Counted from the first letter of the stretch, positions 1-10,113 are shown. The stretch: DNA of 64,000 nt from Candidatus Micrarchaeota archaeon (GCA_018819225.1 JAHJQN010000001.1:1-64000), one strand, 5' to 3'. The notes: generated from the sequence alone by a model not told the origin. Numbers and translations: made by a program.

Positions 1-30
1 AAAGGTATTCCGCCCGTAGTATATCCTTGT

Positions 31-140
31 GCCCTGGTAGCTCAGTCGGTAGAGCGGCTGACTGTTATCCTTATTGTTCCAATACGGTTCAGTAATGGAC
101 AGTGATCAGCAGGCCGCAGGTTCAAATCCTGCCCAGGGCG
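31..140 (+). tRNA. tRNA-Asn(GTT) with 37-nt intron (68-104) at canonical 37/38 position
   Basis: Acceptor stem GCCCTGG/CCAGGGC; D arm; anticodon stem GCTGA/TCAGC with CT-GTT-A; T arm GCAGG-TTCAAAT-CCTGC. Bulge-helix-bulge: CTGT(62-65)/ACAG(99-102) with 3-nt bulges. Confidence 0.95.
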
Positions 141-220
141 TTTAGATACGGGTTAGACTCCCCTTTTTTCGGGCCCAGCTCATGGCGAAGCTCTAGACCT
201 CAAACAAGTATAAAAACGCT

Positions 221-323
221 GCCCCGTTCGTCGTGCAACGAAATCCCATTCGATTTCCTAGGATTTCCCATCCGTCTCAATGAAAAAGGCATTTCCTAGG
301 AAATGACCTGTCTGTGGTAAAGC
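221..323 (+). repeat. ~100-bp direct repeat copy 1, with 16-bp palindrome CATTTCCTAGGAAATG (290-305)
   Basis: Aligns with 1833-1934. Confidence 0.85.
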
Positions 324-530
324 CTTTGTCTCGCTATACTACATACCCAAATAAGAGGTCTACACGACATGCCTAAAGGGATCCATACCTAACTCATCTC
401 AAACGTGGGCTCCACTCGATTCATACCGAGAAGTCCTCCGAAAAGGGCATTCGGTTCACACTCAGCAAAAAAAAGGGGAATATAATTGCTCGGTAGAAAA
501 GGAATAACAAGAAGAAATTTAGGTGATAAA

Positions 531-1052
531 ATGAATTGTAATGAGATTCGGGAATGTGTTGACTCGGCGATAGACCTATTGTATAAAACTCAACAAGACT
601 TATTCGATCTAGATGTAAATGAGGTCACAATCAATAGTTATTTAGCAGAATACTTGAGAGGATATTTTCCAGAACATAAGGTAGATATTGAGTACAATCG
701 TGAACACGTTCCTCGGTTAAGTGTTCACGGAACAAAAAAGACAATAACCCCAAATGGAGAAGAGCAAAACATCAAACTAGATATTATCGTTCATAAAAGA
801 AATCATAACACATCAAATTCTAACTTGTTGGTTATTGAGTGTAAAAAACAATGGAACACGGATACGGATGAGAGAAATAAGGATTTGCAAATTCTAGGGG
901 GTATGACAATGGCCCCAGAAGATGCTAAAGAGATTGGCTATAATGGACCTGTTTTCGCATATAAAATTGGACTGTTCATAGATTATGGAAGAACAAGGCA
1001 AGAAACAGTTGTGAAAAGAATAAAGAACGGAACAAATGAATTCTATAGATAG
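531..1052 (+). CDS. Putative PD-(D/E)XK-fold nuclease-like protein
   Basis: VDIEYNR ... LDIIVHKR ... LLVIECKK pattern; AGGTGA SD before ATG 531; low GC. Confidence 0.6.
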   Translation: MNCNEIRECVDSAIDLLYKTQQDLFDLDVNEVTINSYLAEYLRGYFPEHKVDIEYNREHVPRLSVHGTKKTITPNGEEQNIKLDIIVHKRNHNTSNSNLLVIECKKQWNTDTDERNKDLQILGGMTMAPEDAKEIGYNGPVFAYKIGLFIDYGRTRQETVVKRIKNGTNEFYR

Positions 1053-1092
1053 GATTTAGAAGGGATCATAGAGGAAACCTCAAGGAAAAGCT

Positions 1093-1827
1093 ATGATTGA
1101 ATTAAGAATCGGAAAGGGAAGATTGGAGCTTGGGAACCTATTCCTAACCAGCCTAGCCATGCTGTTGATTGCCATTACTTTCTTCTTTGTTGTGAATCTT
1201 TGGATGTGGGGCAACGTCTCGCAAAACATCCTTGAAAACTACCAAGCCGGAGGCAATCTAACAGATGACGCAAGGGCTTCCCTCGGCCTTTCGGCCAACA
1301 ACTATCCCGGATTCCTCACAACGGCATTTACCCATGAAAACAACGCACATTTATGGAGCAATGCTTTAGGGATTGCATCCGTCCTGGCGCTGATCTTCAT
1401 TCTTGAACGGGAAAACCCTAAGCTTAGAACTGTAAGCACCGCGTGGCTGATAACCCCTCTTGCGCTTTTCCAATTAATCATTTTAGGAATCTACACCTAC
1501 AAAAATGCAACGGGTTATTTCGTGGGCCTTTCGGCATTTGGATTTCTGGCCACCGGCTTCTTCCTTGCATATATGTTCCATAACCGAAAAAGGATCTGGC
1601 CCTTCTGGAAAAAAAAAATTCTCAGGGCAATGATTCCACAAAGGTTTGCCCGCTCTGAAGGCATCACCTATCTCGGGCTCACACTTGTCGTATGTATTTG
1701 GCTAATCGCTTTGCCAATCCAATTCAGTGGATTTTTCAGCCCGGCAACCGCATCGCAGGAAGCCCATCACATCTACGGATTTATGCTGGGCCTGCTTGCC
1801 GGCTATTTATACTGCAAGATAGGGTAA
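1093..1827 (+). CDS. Rhomboid-family intramembrane serine protease
   Basis: H...HLWSN, GLS catalytic Ser motif, HIYG His motif; multiple TM segments. Confidence 0.8.
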   Translation: MIELRIGKGRLELGNLFLTSLAMLLIAITFFFVVNLWMWGNVSQNILENYQAGGNLTDDARASLGLSANNYPGFLTTAFTHENNAHLWSNALGIASVLALIFILERENPKLRTVSTAWLITPLALFQLIILGIYTYKNATGYFVGLSAFGFLATGFFLAYMFHNRKRIWPFWKKKILRAMIPQRFARSEGITYLGLTLVVCIWLIALPIQFSGFFSPATASQEAHHIYGFMLGLLAGYLYCKIG

Positions 1828-1832
1828 AGAAA

Positions 1833-1934
1833 GCCCTTTCGGTGAGCAACGAAAGTCCCTTCGATTTCCTAGCATTTCCCATCTTTCCCTTTGAAAAAAG
1901 CATTTCCTAGGAAATGAACGGTCTGTCGGAAAGC
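1833..1934 (+). repeat. ~100-bp direct repeat copy 2, with palindrome CATTTCCTAGGAAATG (1901-1916)
   Basis: Aligns with 221-323. Confidence 0.85.
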
Positions 1935-2208
1935 AATCTTGAAGAAAAAAGCAAACGGCCAAGTGAACGAGTATTTAAATAATTGAAAGAAATAACGTTC
2001 ACTGATCAGTCCGAGTCAGATGGACGGGAATTAGGATGCAGGAAAGCAATAGTTTGGGTTAACGCAAACATGGCGTTCGTGGCTCTAAAGGAGTCTGAAA
2101 CGCCGTACATGACGCACCCCGCACTTCTTTTGCAAGAGGAAGAAGGAGATCAAGGGCCCTGGAGGGGAGGAAGGAACCATATGAAGAAGATATTAGTCGG
2201 GTGAGGAA

Positions 2209-2601
2209 ATGGTTATTACCGAGATACAAACCCCGAAAAGACTGCGGGAAATGATCGCAAGTGGAAAGCCGTTGGTTGTAAAATTTACTGCAGGTTGGTG
2301 TCCTGATTGTAGAGAGTTGCGGCCCCATTTTGAAGGGCACGCCAATACACTGGAAAGGGCTGGCGCTACCGTTGCCAGAATCACCTTGTCGAATGAGAGG
2401 AAGGAAGTTGAAGGGGGTGTGAAGAAAACGGTTTTTCTGACACCCGCCCATTCTAAACTCAGGGATGAATTTGCGAAGCACGGTTTCCCTACGGTTGTGT
2501 TTTTCAATGAAGGGCGTGTGTTCGCCACCTCATTAGAAGACAGCGAGGCAAGTTACCGGAAGCTCGTGGATTATTTCCGTTCCAGATTGAAGAAGAAGTA
2601 A
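2209..2601 (+). CDS. Thioredoxin-family protein
   Basis: FTAGWCPDC active site; GFPT cis-Pro loop. Confidence 0.85.
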   Translation: MVITEIQTPKRLREMIASGKPLVVKFTAGWCPDCRELRPHFEGHANTLERAGATVARITLSNERKEVEGGVKKTVFLTPAHSKLRDEFAKHGFPTVVFFNEGRVFATSLEDSEASYRKLVDYFRSRLKKK

Positions 2602-2821
2602 TTAGGATGGTTCAAACTCCATCAGAAGAGAACAGAAACCTACAAATTGAAGAAGGGCAATGTGGGTAATGGGAGCGCTCGAATGGTGAAAATCTGGGAA
2701 GCCTAGGAAATTATGCAAGAGCAAGGGGCGTCATTGCATAACGGAAAAAACAAGCTTTAAATACTTTTCTTAGTATATTCTTATTGAATTATTAGTAAAA
2801 CACTACAAAAGGTGCATTTTG

Positions 2822-3058
2822 ATGGCAAACGCGAACATTGAGCTGACCGGCTATCCGGGAAACGTCGTGGACAAAATGATCCGGTTGGGATACGCGAAAA
2901 CCAAAACGGAGGCTATTCGGCTCGCGCTCTACCAGTTCGACCAGGACCACAAGCTCTCCGACGAACATGCCTTCGGCGAACTCACCGGAAAAATACTGGA
3001 AGGCGTTGCGTCAGGGAAAGTGAAAACAAGGAGGTTCAAGCCGAGCGAGCTGGATTGA
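2822..3058 (+). CDS. Ribbon-helix-helix-type antitoxin
   Basis: GYAKTKTEAIRLAL motif; directly upstream of a RelE-like gene. Confidence 0.75.
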   Translation: MANANIELTGYPGNVVDKMIRLGYAKTKTEAIRLALYQFDQDHKLSDEHAFGELTGKILEGVASGKVKTRRFKPSELD

Positions 3059-3059
3059 A

Positions 3060-3329
3060 ATGGAATTCGAGTCCACCTCCGTCTTCGACAATGACGTGAA
3101 AAAGCTCGACAAGAACGGGCGAAAAAAGCTTAAGAACCTGCTTGAAAAAATTGCCTTGCAGCCCGAAAGCGGAAAGCCCATGGAACATTACGCAAACGTC
3201 TTCTCCAAAAGAACAACCAACCGCAGGCTGGTATGGCAGGTGAACAAGAAGAAAGACAAGATTCGGTTATTGCTCTACAAGAACCGCGATGGGGCCTACG
3301 ACGCATTGCGTCAAATGAAAGCAAAATAA
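3060..3329 (+). CDS. RelE/ParE-family toxin
   Basis: 89 aa, basic; F..DVKKL, P.SGKPM, RRLVW, ..R...Y pattern. Confidence 0.8.
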   Translation: MEFESTSVFDNDVKKLDKNGRKKLKNLLEKIALQPESGKPMEHYANVFSKRTTNRRLVWQVNKKKDKIRLLLYKNRDGAYDALRQMKAK

Positions 3330-3421
3330 AATCTCCGTCATGAACGGAAATATTCGCGGGAAAAAAACGCGAAATTAAAGATGCGTGCAAAATATTACGC
3401 ACACGTCCCAGATTCAAGGCG

Positions 3422-3456
3422 CCTAACCTGCCTCTAGAGGCACGTCGAGGGCGTTT
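3422..3456 (+). repeat. Arm plus att-like repeat (CCTAACCTG-N4-TAGAGGC-N8-GGCGTTT), also at 4097-4131
   Basis: Identical spacing in both copies; ends in AGGGCGTTT, which matches the tRNA 3' end. Confidence 0.7.
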
Positions 3457-3552
3457 CGCTAAAGATTAGTAGCATGCGAAATGCAAGCATAACGGAAACG
3501 GACAACCAAAAAGAATATATAGTTGTTTTACGTCATAATACATGGTGATTGC

Positions 3553-3801
3553 ATGCGAACTACCCTTGAATTCGAGGGCTTTCCAGAACTTATTCTGCAG
3601 AAGGCCGTAGCGTTGGGCATCGCGCGTTCCAAAACGGATGCGTTGCGTATGGGTATCTTCGCCTTAAACAAGGAGTACCATCTCGTTATGGAACCTGAAC
3701 GGGAACTCGTAGAAGCGAAGCTGATGGAAGAAGAGATGGAGATGAAGCGCACGAAAAAAAAGTACTTGTCGGAAAAGGAGGCCTTGGCAACATACCGGTG
3801 A
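3553..3801 (+). CDS. RHH-type antitoxin (paralog of 2822-3058)
   Basis: GIARSKTDALRMGI; GGTGA SD; upstream of a RelE-like gene. Confidence 0.75.
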   Translation: MRTTLEFEGFPELILQKAVALGIARSKTDALRMGIFALNKEYHLVMEPERELVEAKLMEEEMEMKRTKKKYLSEKEALATYR

Positions 3802-3807
3802 GGCTCC

Positions 3808-4080
3808 TTGGAACTGAAGCCATACCGATTAAAATTTAAGCCAGACTGGGATCGAAATTTCAAAGACTTCGACAAAGCAATTCAACAAAAAATTCTTGCA
3901 AAGCTAGAACACATGAAACAGCCATTGCAGGCAAGGGGGTTGCATTCGAGTCGCTTCCGAGTCGAGGAAGTCGGGGGATATCGTATCGCTTTCATCCAAG
4001 ACGACGGAATTCGCGTAAAAAGAATTCACTTCGTAGGTAACCACAAGCAGTACGAGAAATGGTATTCTGGAAAAGAATAA
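3808..4080 (+). CDS. RelE/ParE-family toxin
   Basis: YRLKF, VGGYRIAF, FVGNHKQYE motifs. Confidence 0.8.
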   Translation: MELKPYRLKFKPDWDRNFKDFDKAIQQKILAKLEHMKQPLQARGLHSSRFRVEEVGGYRIAFIQDDGIRVKRIHFVGNHKQYEKWYSGKE

Positions 4081-4149
4081 TGGCGAATGAAAGGATCCTA
4101 ACCTGTTTATAGAGGCGTGCCCAAGGCGTTTGGATACGGGCTAGACTCC

Positions 4150-4840
4150 TTCAGTTTCTTTACTTTCGGGAAAGAGCACGTCAGCAACGCGGTGTATTGG
4201 GGGTGCCTCGTTGCATACTACCGCGTCTCCTTCTCGCTGCGTTACTTCATCCAAGCCATGGTCATCGAAACCGCGCGCATGCGGTTCGCTGGCGAAAACC
4301 CAACATTCAGTAGGACCTTCAACGTGGCTGTCAAAAAACTCGATAAAATCATGGTCTTGGCTGTTATTGCATCCGTGGTTTCTATCATCGCACAATTATT
4401 GCGCCAGCGGGGGGCGGGAAAGCAGGGGGCACGACCTTGTTACCAGCCTCCTCGGAACGCTTCTTGGCGTGGCCTGGACGGCCGTCTATTTTTCCCTACC
4501 AGTCATTCTTTATGAAGACGCAGGCGTCTTCCAATCCTTCGGCCGTAGCGCCGAATTAGTCAAGAAAACGTGGGGAGAAGCCGCCAACGCCAGCACCTTG
4601 CTGCTCTACATTCCTGTTTTCGCCTTCTTGCTACCCGCTTTCCTCACTCCAATAGGACCACTGCCCCCACATAGTATTCATTGCCTTGTTTCTAATCTCA
4701 TTGTTCTTGGCCGCCATCGTCGGAGCCGCAGTAAAAGCCGTCATCGCCAAGCCCTGCACCAACACGCCGGCACCAGCGAAGTTCCCGCCGGTATGCCAGG
4801 ACAAGCCATCGCCAACGTCTATTCCAGCGAAGGAGTCTGA
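4150..4840 (+). pseudogene. Frameshifted, 5'-truncated membrane protein gene (DUF6159-like)
   Basis: Consecutive hydrophobic segments lie in different frames (…RFAGENPT…, …PVILYEDAGVFQSFGRSAELVKKTWGE…); begins at the att-like repeat. Confidence 0.6.
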
Positions 4841-4893
4841 GGACATCTTGTTGACAAGGAATATAAATGCGCCGATTTCAAGTACTGTGAAAG

Positions 4894-5700
4894 GTGGTGG
4901 TTGTGGCCGTAATTCGCATCGCTTTGGCGCAAATGAATGTTGAGTTGGGAAACAAACAAGCCAACTTGAAAAAGGTAAGCGCTCTTGTTTCAGAGGCTTC
5001 TTCTCGCGGTGCCGGCGTGGTGTGCCTCCCCGAATTGTTTTCCACAGGCTTTGCCAAAGAAACGCTTTCGCAGTTGGCCGAACCTGTTCCCGGACCCACC
5101 ACAGAGGCCCTACGCTCTCAAGCTTCCAAGTACGGGCTCCTGATTGCCGGAAGCATCCTTGAAAAGGGGAGTGACGGCTTGTATAATACCGCCGTTCTGG
5201 TAGGCAGCGAAGGCCTTGTTTTGAAATACCACAAAGTTCATCCCTTCCTGGAAGAATCTGCGTTTGTGACAGGAGGGGGCTCATACGAATCGAGGGAAAT
5301 GCCATTCGGGAAATGCGGTTTGCTCGTGTGTTACGATGCCGCGTTCCCTGAAGCGGCCCGCGCACTCGCTTTGGCCGGAACGCAAATTATTTTCCTTCCC
5401 GCCAACTGGATGGAACCATTTCTCTCCCAGTGGCGACTGGCCACCAGCGCCAGAGCGCTGGATAACCAACTCTGGTTGGTCGCCGTAAACCGGGTTGGAA
5501 CCGATGGCGTATACAACTATTTCGGGCACAGCCGAGTCGTGGATCCCTACGGAAACACGCTAGTCGAGTGTGGGGAACAAGAGGAACTCGTACTTGCCGA
5601 CATTGATGTGGATGCCGCAACCGAATTCAAGAAAATGGTCAACTTCCTTTCAGACAGAAAACCCGGAACGTACGCCGCAGTCTCCGCCAAAACCCCCTAA
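4894..5700 (+). CDS. Carbon-nitrogen hydrolase (nitrilase superfamily)
   Basis: CLPE, YHKVH and VCYD give the Glu-Lys-Cys triad; exact start uncertain. Confidence 0.92.
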   Translation: MVVVAVIRIALAQMNVELGNKQANLKKVSALVSEASSRGAGVVCLPELFSTGFAKETLSQLAEPVPGPTTEALRSQASKYGLLIAGSILEKGSDGLYNTAVLVGSEGLVLKYHKVHPFLEESAFVTGGGSYESREMPFGKCGLLVCYDAAFPEAARALALAGTQIIFLPANWMEPFLSQWRLATSARALDNQLWLVAVNRVGTDGVYNYFGHSRVVDPYGNTLVECGEQEELVLADIDVDAATEFKKMVNFLSDRKPGTYAAVSAKTP

Positions 5701-5964
5701 GGCTCTCTTTGTTTTTTGTGCGCAAGGCCGTTTTCCAATAATTTGGCGTATTCGCTCCTCCTTCAGAAAGAGAGGGTAAACAATCCGGAGCTGTCGCACA
5801 AGGAGAGCTTAGGGAGAAGGGGAATAAATAACGATCATTAATGTACGACATGTGGCCGCATACGGGTGATGGACGCGATTCCAGAGGTTATGGCTCTTGC
5901 ATTTGGCGCTAAGCAAGCGTTTTTATACGAGGGCGGGCGGAAGAACGTTAAGGGGGGAGTGTAT

Positions 5965-7188
5965 ATGAAAGCCGGAGTGCTACCGATCATCGCGCTGTTC
6001 TTAATGGGTTGTCTGAGCGGGCTCATAGAATCCGGCGCATCGCCTTCCGCGGTCTTGAACGCAACGGACGCTGCAACGGTTGTAGCAGAAACGCCGACTC
6101 CCCAAGTCACGGTAACCGAGCGCATTGTTTACGTGACCGTCACCCCCACGCCTAAACCGCTAACCCCTACACCGGAACCCAAACCAAAAGGAGGCGTGCA
6201 CCTCGTCAGTGAAGTATTCGAGTATACTCCAGGAGAAATGAGGGACGCGAACGCGGACCGCAGCAATCCATTCGAGATGGGAACGGAAACCGGCGATTAT
6301 CTGAAGGGATTGGAAGCCGGTGAAATGAATCGGAAGGGAGTGCCGTTCACGTTCCTTCCACCATACGGGGAAGCAGGGAACTGGAACGTATTGACGACAA
6401 CGGACCGCAATTTTTACTCGGGCCTCATACTCATGAAAAACCAGCTCTTCTCTAAAGTGTATTTCGTGATGTCGGCGAGCTATGGAAAACGCGGGGGGAT
6501 AAAGTTAGCGACTCTCTCGTTACACTACGGGGACGCGACCTCGCAAGACGTGGAATTGATTGCGGGAGAAAACGTTTGGAACCTCAACGAAAAGGTGCCG
6601 GAAGCGTTTCTATTCTGGAACGATCCGGAAGCCAATGAAACGCTATCCGTTATCGAGCTCAATGTGTCGCAGCCATTGGAGAAACTGGTGAGTGTGGGCC
6701 TCCGAAAGCAGGTGGAGAACGATGATGGCGTCGCGATATTCGCGGTCGTCGGAGAACGCGCGCTCGAATCCAAGCAAATTCTTTTGACACCCGAAGAGTT
6801 TTCAAGCCGCCAATACGATCGCAGGCAGACAGGAGTGGATTCCAAAGGAGTGCATTTGACGCACCGTGAACAAGGGGCGGACACCGTGTACTTGGAAAGC
6901 GGCACGTTCACGACCCCCATTTATGATCTGGAAACCGGGCACGTCAACGTAACAAACATTGATTGGGACGAAGAAACACCGGCGACGACGAGAATTTACG
7001 CGGAAGCGCGGTACGGATCCAAGGAGGAAATCGATCGGGACTGGACGGCATGGAAGGTTGTCGAAAAAGGAAAGCCGTTGACTCCAACCGAACGGTATAT
7101 TCAATTACGGTTCAATCTCGCTACGGGAGACGAGCGCTGGACGCCGGTCGTGAAACAGATTCGAATGGATTACACGAACCCGGTTTGA
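5965..7188 (+). CDS. Secreted/lipoprotein-like protein with Pro/Thr linker and beta-rich domains
   Basis: MKAGVLPIIALFLMGC signal; TPTP linker. ATG 5965 preferred over 5866. Confidence 0.65.
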   Translation: MKAGVLPIIALFLMGCLSGLIESGASPSAVLNATDAATVVAETPTPQVTVTERIVYVTVTPTPKPLTPTPEPKPKGGVHLVSEVFEYTPGEMRDANADRSNPFEMGTETGDYLKGLEAGEMNRKGVPFTFLPPYGEAGNWNVLTTTDRNFYSGLILMKNQLFSKVYFVMSASYGKRGGIKLATLSLHYGDATSQDVELIAGENVWNLNEKVPEAFLFWNDPEANETLSVIELNVSQPLEKLVSVGLRKQVENDDGVAIFAVVGERALESKQILLTPEEFSSRQYDRRQTGVDSKGVHLTHREQGADTVYLESGTFTTPIYDLETGHVNVTNIDWDEETPATTRIYAEARYGSKEEIDRDWTAWKVVEKGKPLTPTERYIQLRFNLATGDERWTPVVKQIRMDYTNPV

Positions 7189-7190
7189 GG

Positions 7191-7667
7191 TTATCCGAGC
7201 TGCAACCCGAAGTAGGCGATAGTTATTAGCGCCCAGTTGACGATGAGGAAGTAGGGGTTTCGCCACCAAATCCAGCCGCGAACCGAGAAATCCGATAACG
7301 GAAAGAAGGGTTTTTGGGGCTCGACCGGAGAACCGCGATGCGTCCACAAATCCAGTAAAATGTGTAAGAACCATGCAAAAGCGGGCCAGTAAACGCTGCC
7401 GAATAGCAACGAAGAAATGACGAGGAATGCGGCGAAGCTGACGAATGAATGACTGTAACGATACATGAAGAACACGGATCGGAGGCGTTCGCGCGTCGGA
7501 CGCTTTCCTTCCTCGATCCAATACTTCGAACCTAACAGGATGCCCGCGATGACGAATGTTAAATCCGGAAGCAGACCGAAAAACACGGATTGCGCGACCA
7601 AAGAGTTATCGAAACCGAACGAGCGGAACAACAAGTACGTCCAAATCACGTGAGAAAAGAAGTCCAT
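7191..7667 (-). CDS. Membrane-bound metal-dependent hydrolase (YdjM-like)
   Basis: SH, LLPD, HS and HILLD motifs. Confidence 0.8.
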   Translation of the reverse strand: MDFFSHVIWTYLLFRSFGFDNSLVAQSVFFGLLPDLTFVIAGILLGSKYWIEEGKRPTRERLRSVFFMYRYSHSFVSFAAFLVISSLLFGSVYWPAFAWFLHILLDLWTHRGSPVEPQKPFFPLSDFSVRGWIWWRNPYFLIVNWALITIAYFGLQLG

Positions 7668-7729
7668 TGAATGCGCCTATTATCTAACATCAATAGCCAT
7701 AATAAACTCGATTGCAAATTTGGATACGG

Positions 7730-9238
7730 ATGAAAGACCTGATTAAATCAAAGAATCGACGGATAGCCATTCTCGCCATCATATTAATGACGGGAATCCT
7801 TCTCAGAAGCAATATTTATGCATTGCCCATGCATGATGAAATCATTTATTTCGCAGCCAGTCTTCAGCATGCCGGTGTTTTCGGAGGAGGGCTGATCAAT
7901 CCAGAACATCCGCCGCTAGCCAAAATGATGTATTCGCTGTCATGTTCATTTCAAAACTGTGATCGGAACGCATTCATCCGATACGCGTATGCCTACCCCC
8001 TGAAAGAGGCATACGCGCCTCTTGCTCTGGCCGTAAAAAGTGTTTTGCCGGGCATGCGAATCGTTTCAATATTGTTTTCCCTTGCCACTGGAATCGTCAT
8101 TTACTATTATTCGCGGAAGTGGTTCGGAGAAGAGGCCGGAATATACGCATTCGCCCTTTCAATGATTTCGCCGGCCATATTGATCTATTCGTCAGTGGTC
8201 ATGCTGGAATCAGCTTATATTTTCTTTTTCATTTCCTCGTTCTTTTTCTATTTGGGCTCCTATCGAGAAAAACGCTCGTTAACGCATGCGCTTATTCTGA
8301 GTGTTCTGCTGCTGGGAGCGCTATTGAGTCGACAGATTCTTCCGCTCGCGTTATTGGCAATAATTGGAATCGCAGAATTCACGGATATCCTCACAGGCAA
8401 GAAAGTGGATGGACAGACCGCGCTCATTCTTCTAAGCACGTATGCCATTTCCATCACGATATATCCTTTCAACAATTTACTCGCGTTTCACTTTTTTGAT
8501 TTGAATTCAAATGCGCTATCGGCATTCCTTTCTCCACAGTTCGGATTACTGGAAGCCATTGGAACCCGGTTAGATTGGGCGATAACCGTTCCGTTAATTC
8601 TTGGAGTCGCATCGTTGGGTATAAAAAAAATGCATGATCGTGCTCAAATTCTTGGGGGAAGCGCGTTGTTATTATTACTCTTGTTTTTGATACTGCCAGC
8701 ATACGCGCAGAAATTGAGATACGGAATCGCGATAATTCCGTTGATCATACCGGTATCGGGATACTTTTTTTCAAAACTCAGTCGATGGAAGAAACAGCTT
8801 TGCATGGGGGCGTGTGGTTTGTTGCTATTGCATACTGTTCCGGTCTACCCTTACTTCGAGAATTATTCGGCCATACCATTCATCGCTCCAACCAACGAAG
8901 AACGTGTTCCCTATTTCGGAGTCAACCATTTCCTAAAGGAACAAGGCTCCGAATTATTCATAACGAATGATTTCTATTCCCTGCCCTATTCGTTCGAATT
9001 GAACGCAGAGTACGCATTACAAATGAATGAAAATGAATCGTGTTCAATCGAAAAGTATGATACGGTGGATCACGTTAGAACGCATCTTGAAACCCGCGGA
9101 AGGACTGGGATAGTCTACTCGAAGTCGTTGGAAGAATTTCCATGGAATTGTCCGGCCGTTAAAGAGGTCGTCCATCGGTCCACTATCACCTATGAAGATT
9201 CGTATTTTGTCGTCTACCGACTTCAGGAAAAGGAATAA
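7730..9238 (+). CDS. GT-C glycosyltransferase (GT39/ArnT/PMT-like)
   Basis: DEIIY and EHPPLAK motifs; many TM segments. Confidence 0.8.
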   Translation: MKDLIKSKNRRIAILAIILMTGILLRSNIYALPMHDEIIYFAASLQHAGVFGGGLINPEHPPLAKMMYSLSCSFQNCDRNAFIRYAYAYPLKEAYAPLALAVKSVLPGMRIVSILFSLATGIVIYYYSRKWFGEEAGIYAFALSMISPAILIYSSVVMLESAYIFFFISSFFFYLGSYREKRSLTHALILSVLLLGALLSRQILPLALLAIIGIAEFTDILTGKKVDGQTALILLSTYAISITIYPFNNLLAFHFFDLNSNALSAFLSPQFGLLEAIGTRLDWAITVPLILGVASLGIKKMHDRAQILGGSALLLLLLFLILPAYAQKLRYGIAIIPLIIPVSGYFFSKLSRWKKQLCMGACGLLLLHTVPVYPYFENYSAIPFIAPTNEERVPYFGVNHFLKEQGSELFITNDFYSLPYSFELNAEYALQMNENESCSIEKYDTVDHVRTHLETRGRTGIVYSKSLEEFPWNCPAVKEVVHRSTITYEDSYFVVYRLQEKE

Positions 9239-9276
9239 TAACGTCGGGTTGAAGAAGTGTTAAAGGGAAGAACCGA

Positions 9277-10113
9277 ATGGACCGGAAAAGAATTGCCGAA
9301 GCCGTGGAGCGCATGCTTCAAAAAGCGGTGAACGAGCTCCCGCCCGATTCCGTGGAGGCGTTAAGGGAAGCGGAAAAGAAGGAAAAGAATCCCGTGGCGA
9401 AAGAGCAACTAAAGACGATTCTCAAGAACATTGGGCTCGCGAAAGGAAAAAAGGTGCCGATGTGCCAGGATACGGGAACGCTCACGTTCTACGTGAAAGG
9501 AAAAGAGGGCCTGAAGGAAGCAAGGGAGGGAATAGAGGAGGGTGTGAGAAAGGCAACGGAAACCGTGCCGTTGCGCCCGAACTCCGTGCACCCCATTACG
9601 CGGAAAACTGAAGGAAACCAACCGATTATCAACTTCGAGTACGCGGACAGCGAGTGTATGGAAATATCCGTGATTCCGAAAGGCGCGGGATGCGAGAACA
9701 TGAGCTCGCTCGTCATGCTGAGTCCTTCGGACGGAACGAAAGGCATTGTGGCAAGCGTATTGAAGGTGATTGCGGAAAAGGGGAGGAACGCATGTCCGCC
9801 ATTAGTCGTCGGAATCGGAATGGGGGGGACGTCGGAAGAAGCCATGCAGCTGGCAAAGAAAACGCTGCTCGTGCCTTTGAATGAAAAGAATCCGGACGCG
9901 CTTGCGGAATCCCTTGAAAAAGAGTTATTGAAAAAAATTAACGAGTTGGAGATAGGCACCATGGGCTTGGGGGGCAGCACGACCGCCATCGCCGTAAAAA
10001 TCGCGTTGCGGCCCACGCATACCGCAAGCCTCCCAGTAGCAATTAATTTGCAGTGTTGGGCGAATCGCAAGGCAACGGTTCGCATTTGTGGTGAGCGCGT
10101 TGAACTCCTATGA
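9277..10113 (+). CDS. Class I fumarate/tartrate hydratase alpha subunit
   Basis: PMCQDTG, KGAGCEN, ACPP and QCWANR motifs. Confidence 0.92.
   Translation: MDRKRIAEAVERMLQKAVNELPPDSVEALREAEKKEKNPVAKEQLKTILKNIGLAKGKKVPMCQDTGTLTFYVKGKEGLKEAREGIEEGVRKATETVPLRPNSVHPITRKTEGNQPIINFEYADSECMEISVIPKGAGCENMSSLVMLSPSDGTKGIVASVLKVIAEKGRNACPPLVVGIGMGGTSEEAMQLAKKTLLVPLNEKNPDALAESLEKELLKKINELEIGTMGLGGSTTAIAVKIALRPTHTASLPVAINLQCWANRKATVRICGERVELL

Larger units (their letters stand above)
130..4149. mobile_element. Degenerate tRNA-integrated island (no integrase visible)
   Basis: tRNA 3' end plus flank (130-161) recurs at 4118-4149 with 29/32 identity. Contents are accessory-type genes (nuclease-like, TA pairs). 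Confidence 0.65.

Noticed and set aside
102-299. 65-aa ORF and the similar ORF at 1692-1910
   Set aside because: They overlap the tRNA and the rhomboid gene; their similarity simply reflects the non-coding repeat.
1983-2204. 73-aa ORF, possibly a decayed YHS-like gene
   Set aside because: TTG start and only a faint HFFC motif in another frame; not supportable.
221-4149. Island repeats as a CRISPR array
   Set aside because: The repeats are few, long, degenerate and separated by whole genes; no cas genes are present.
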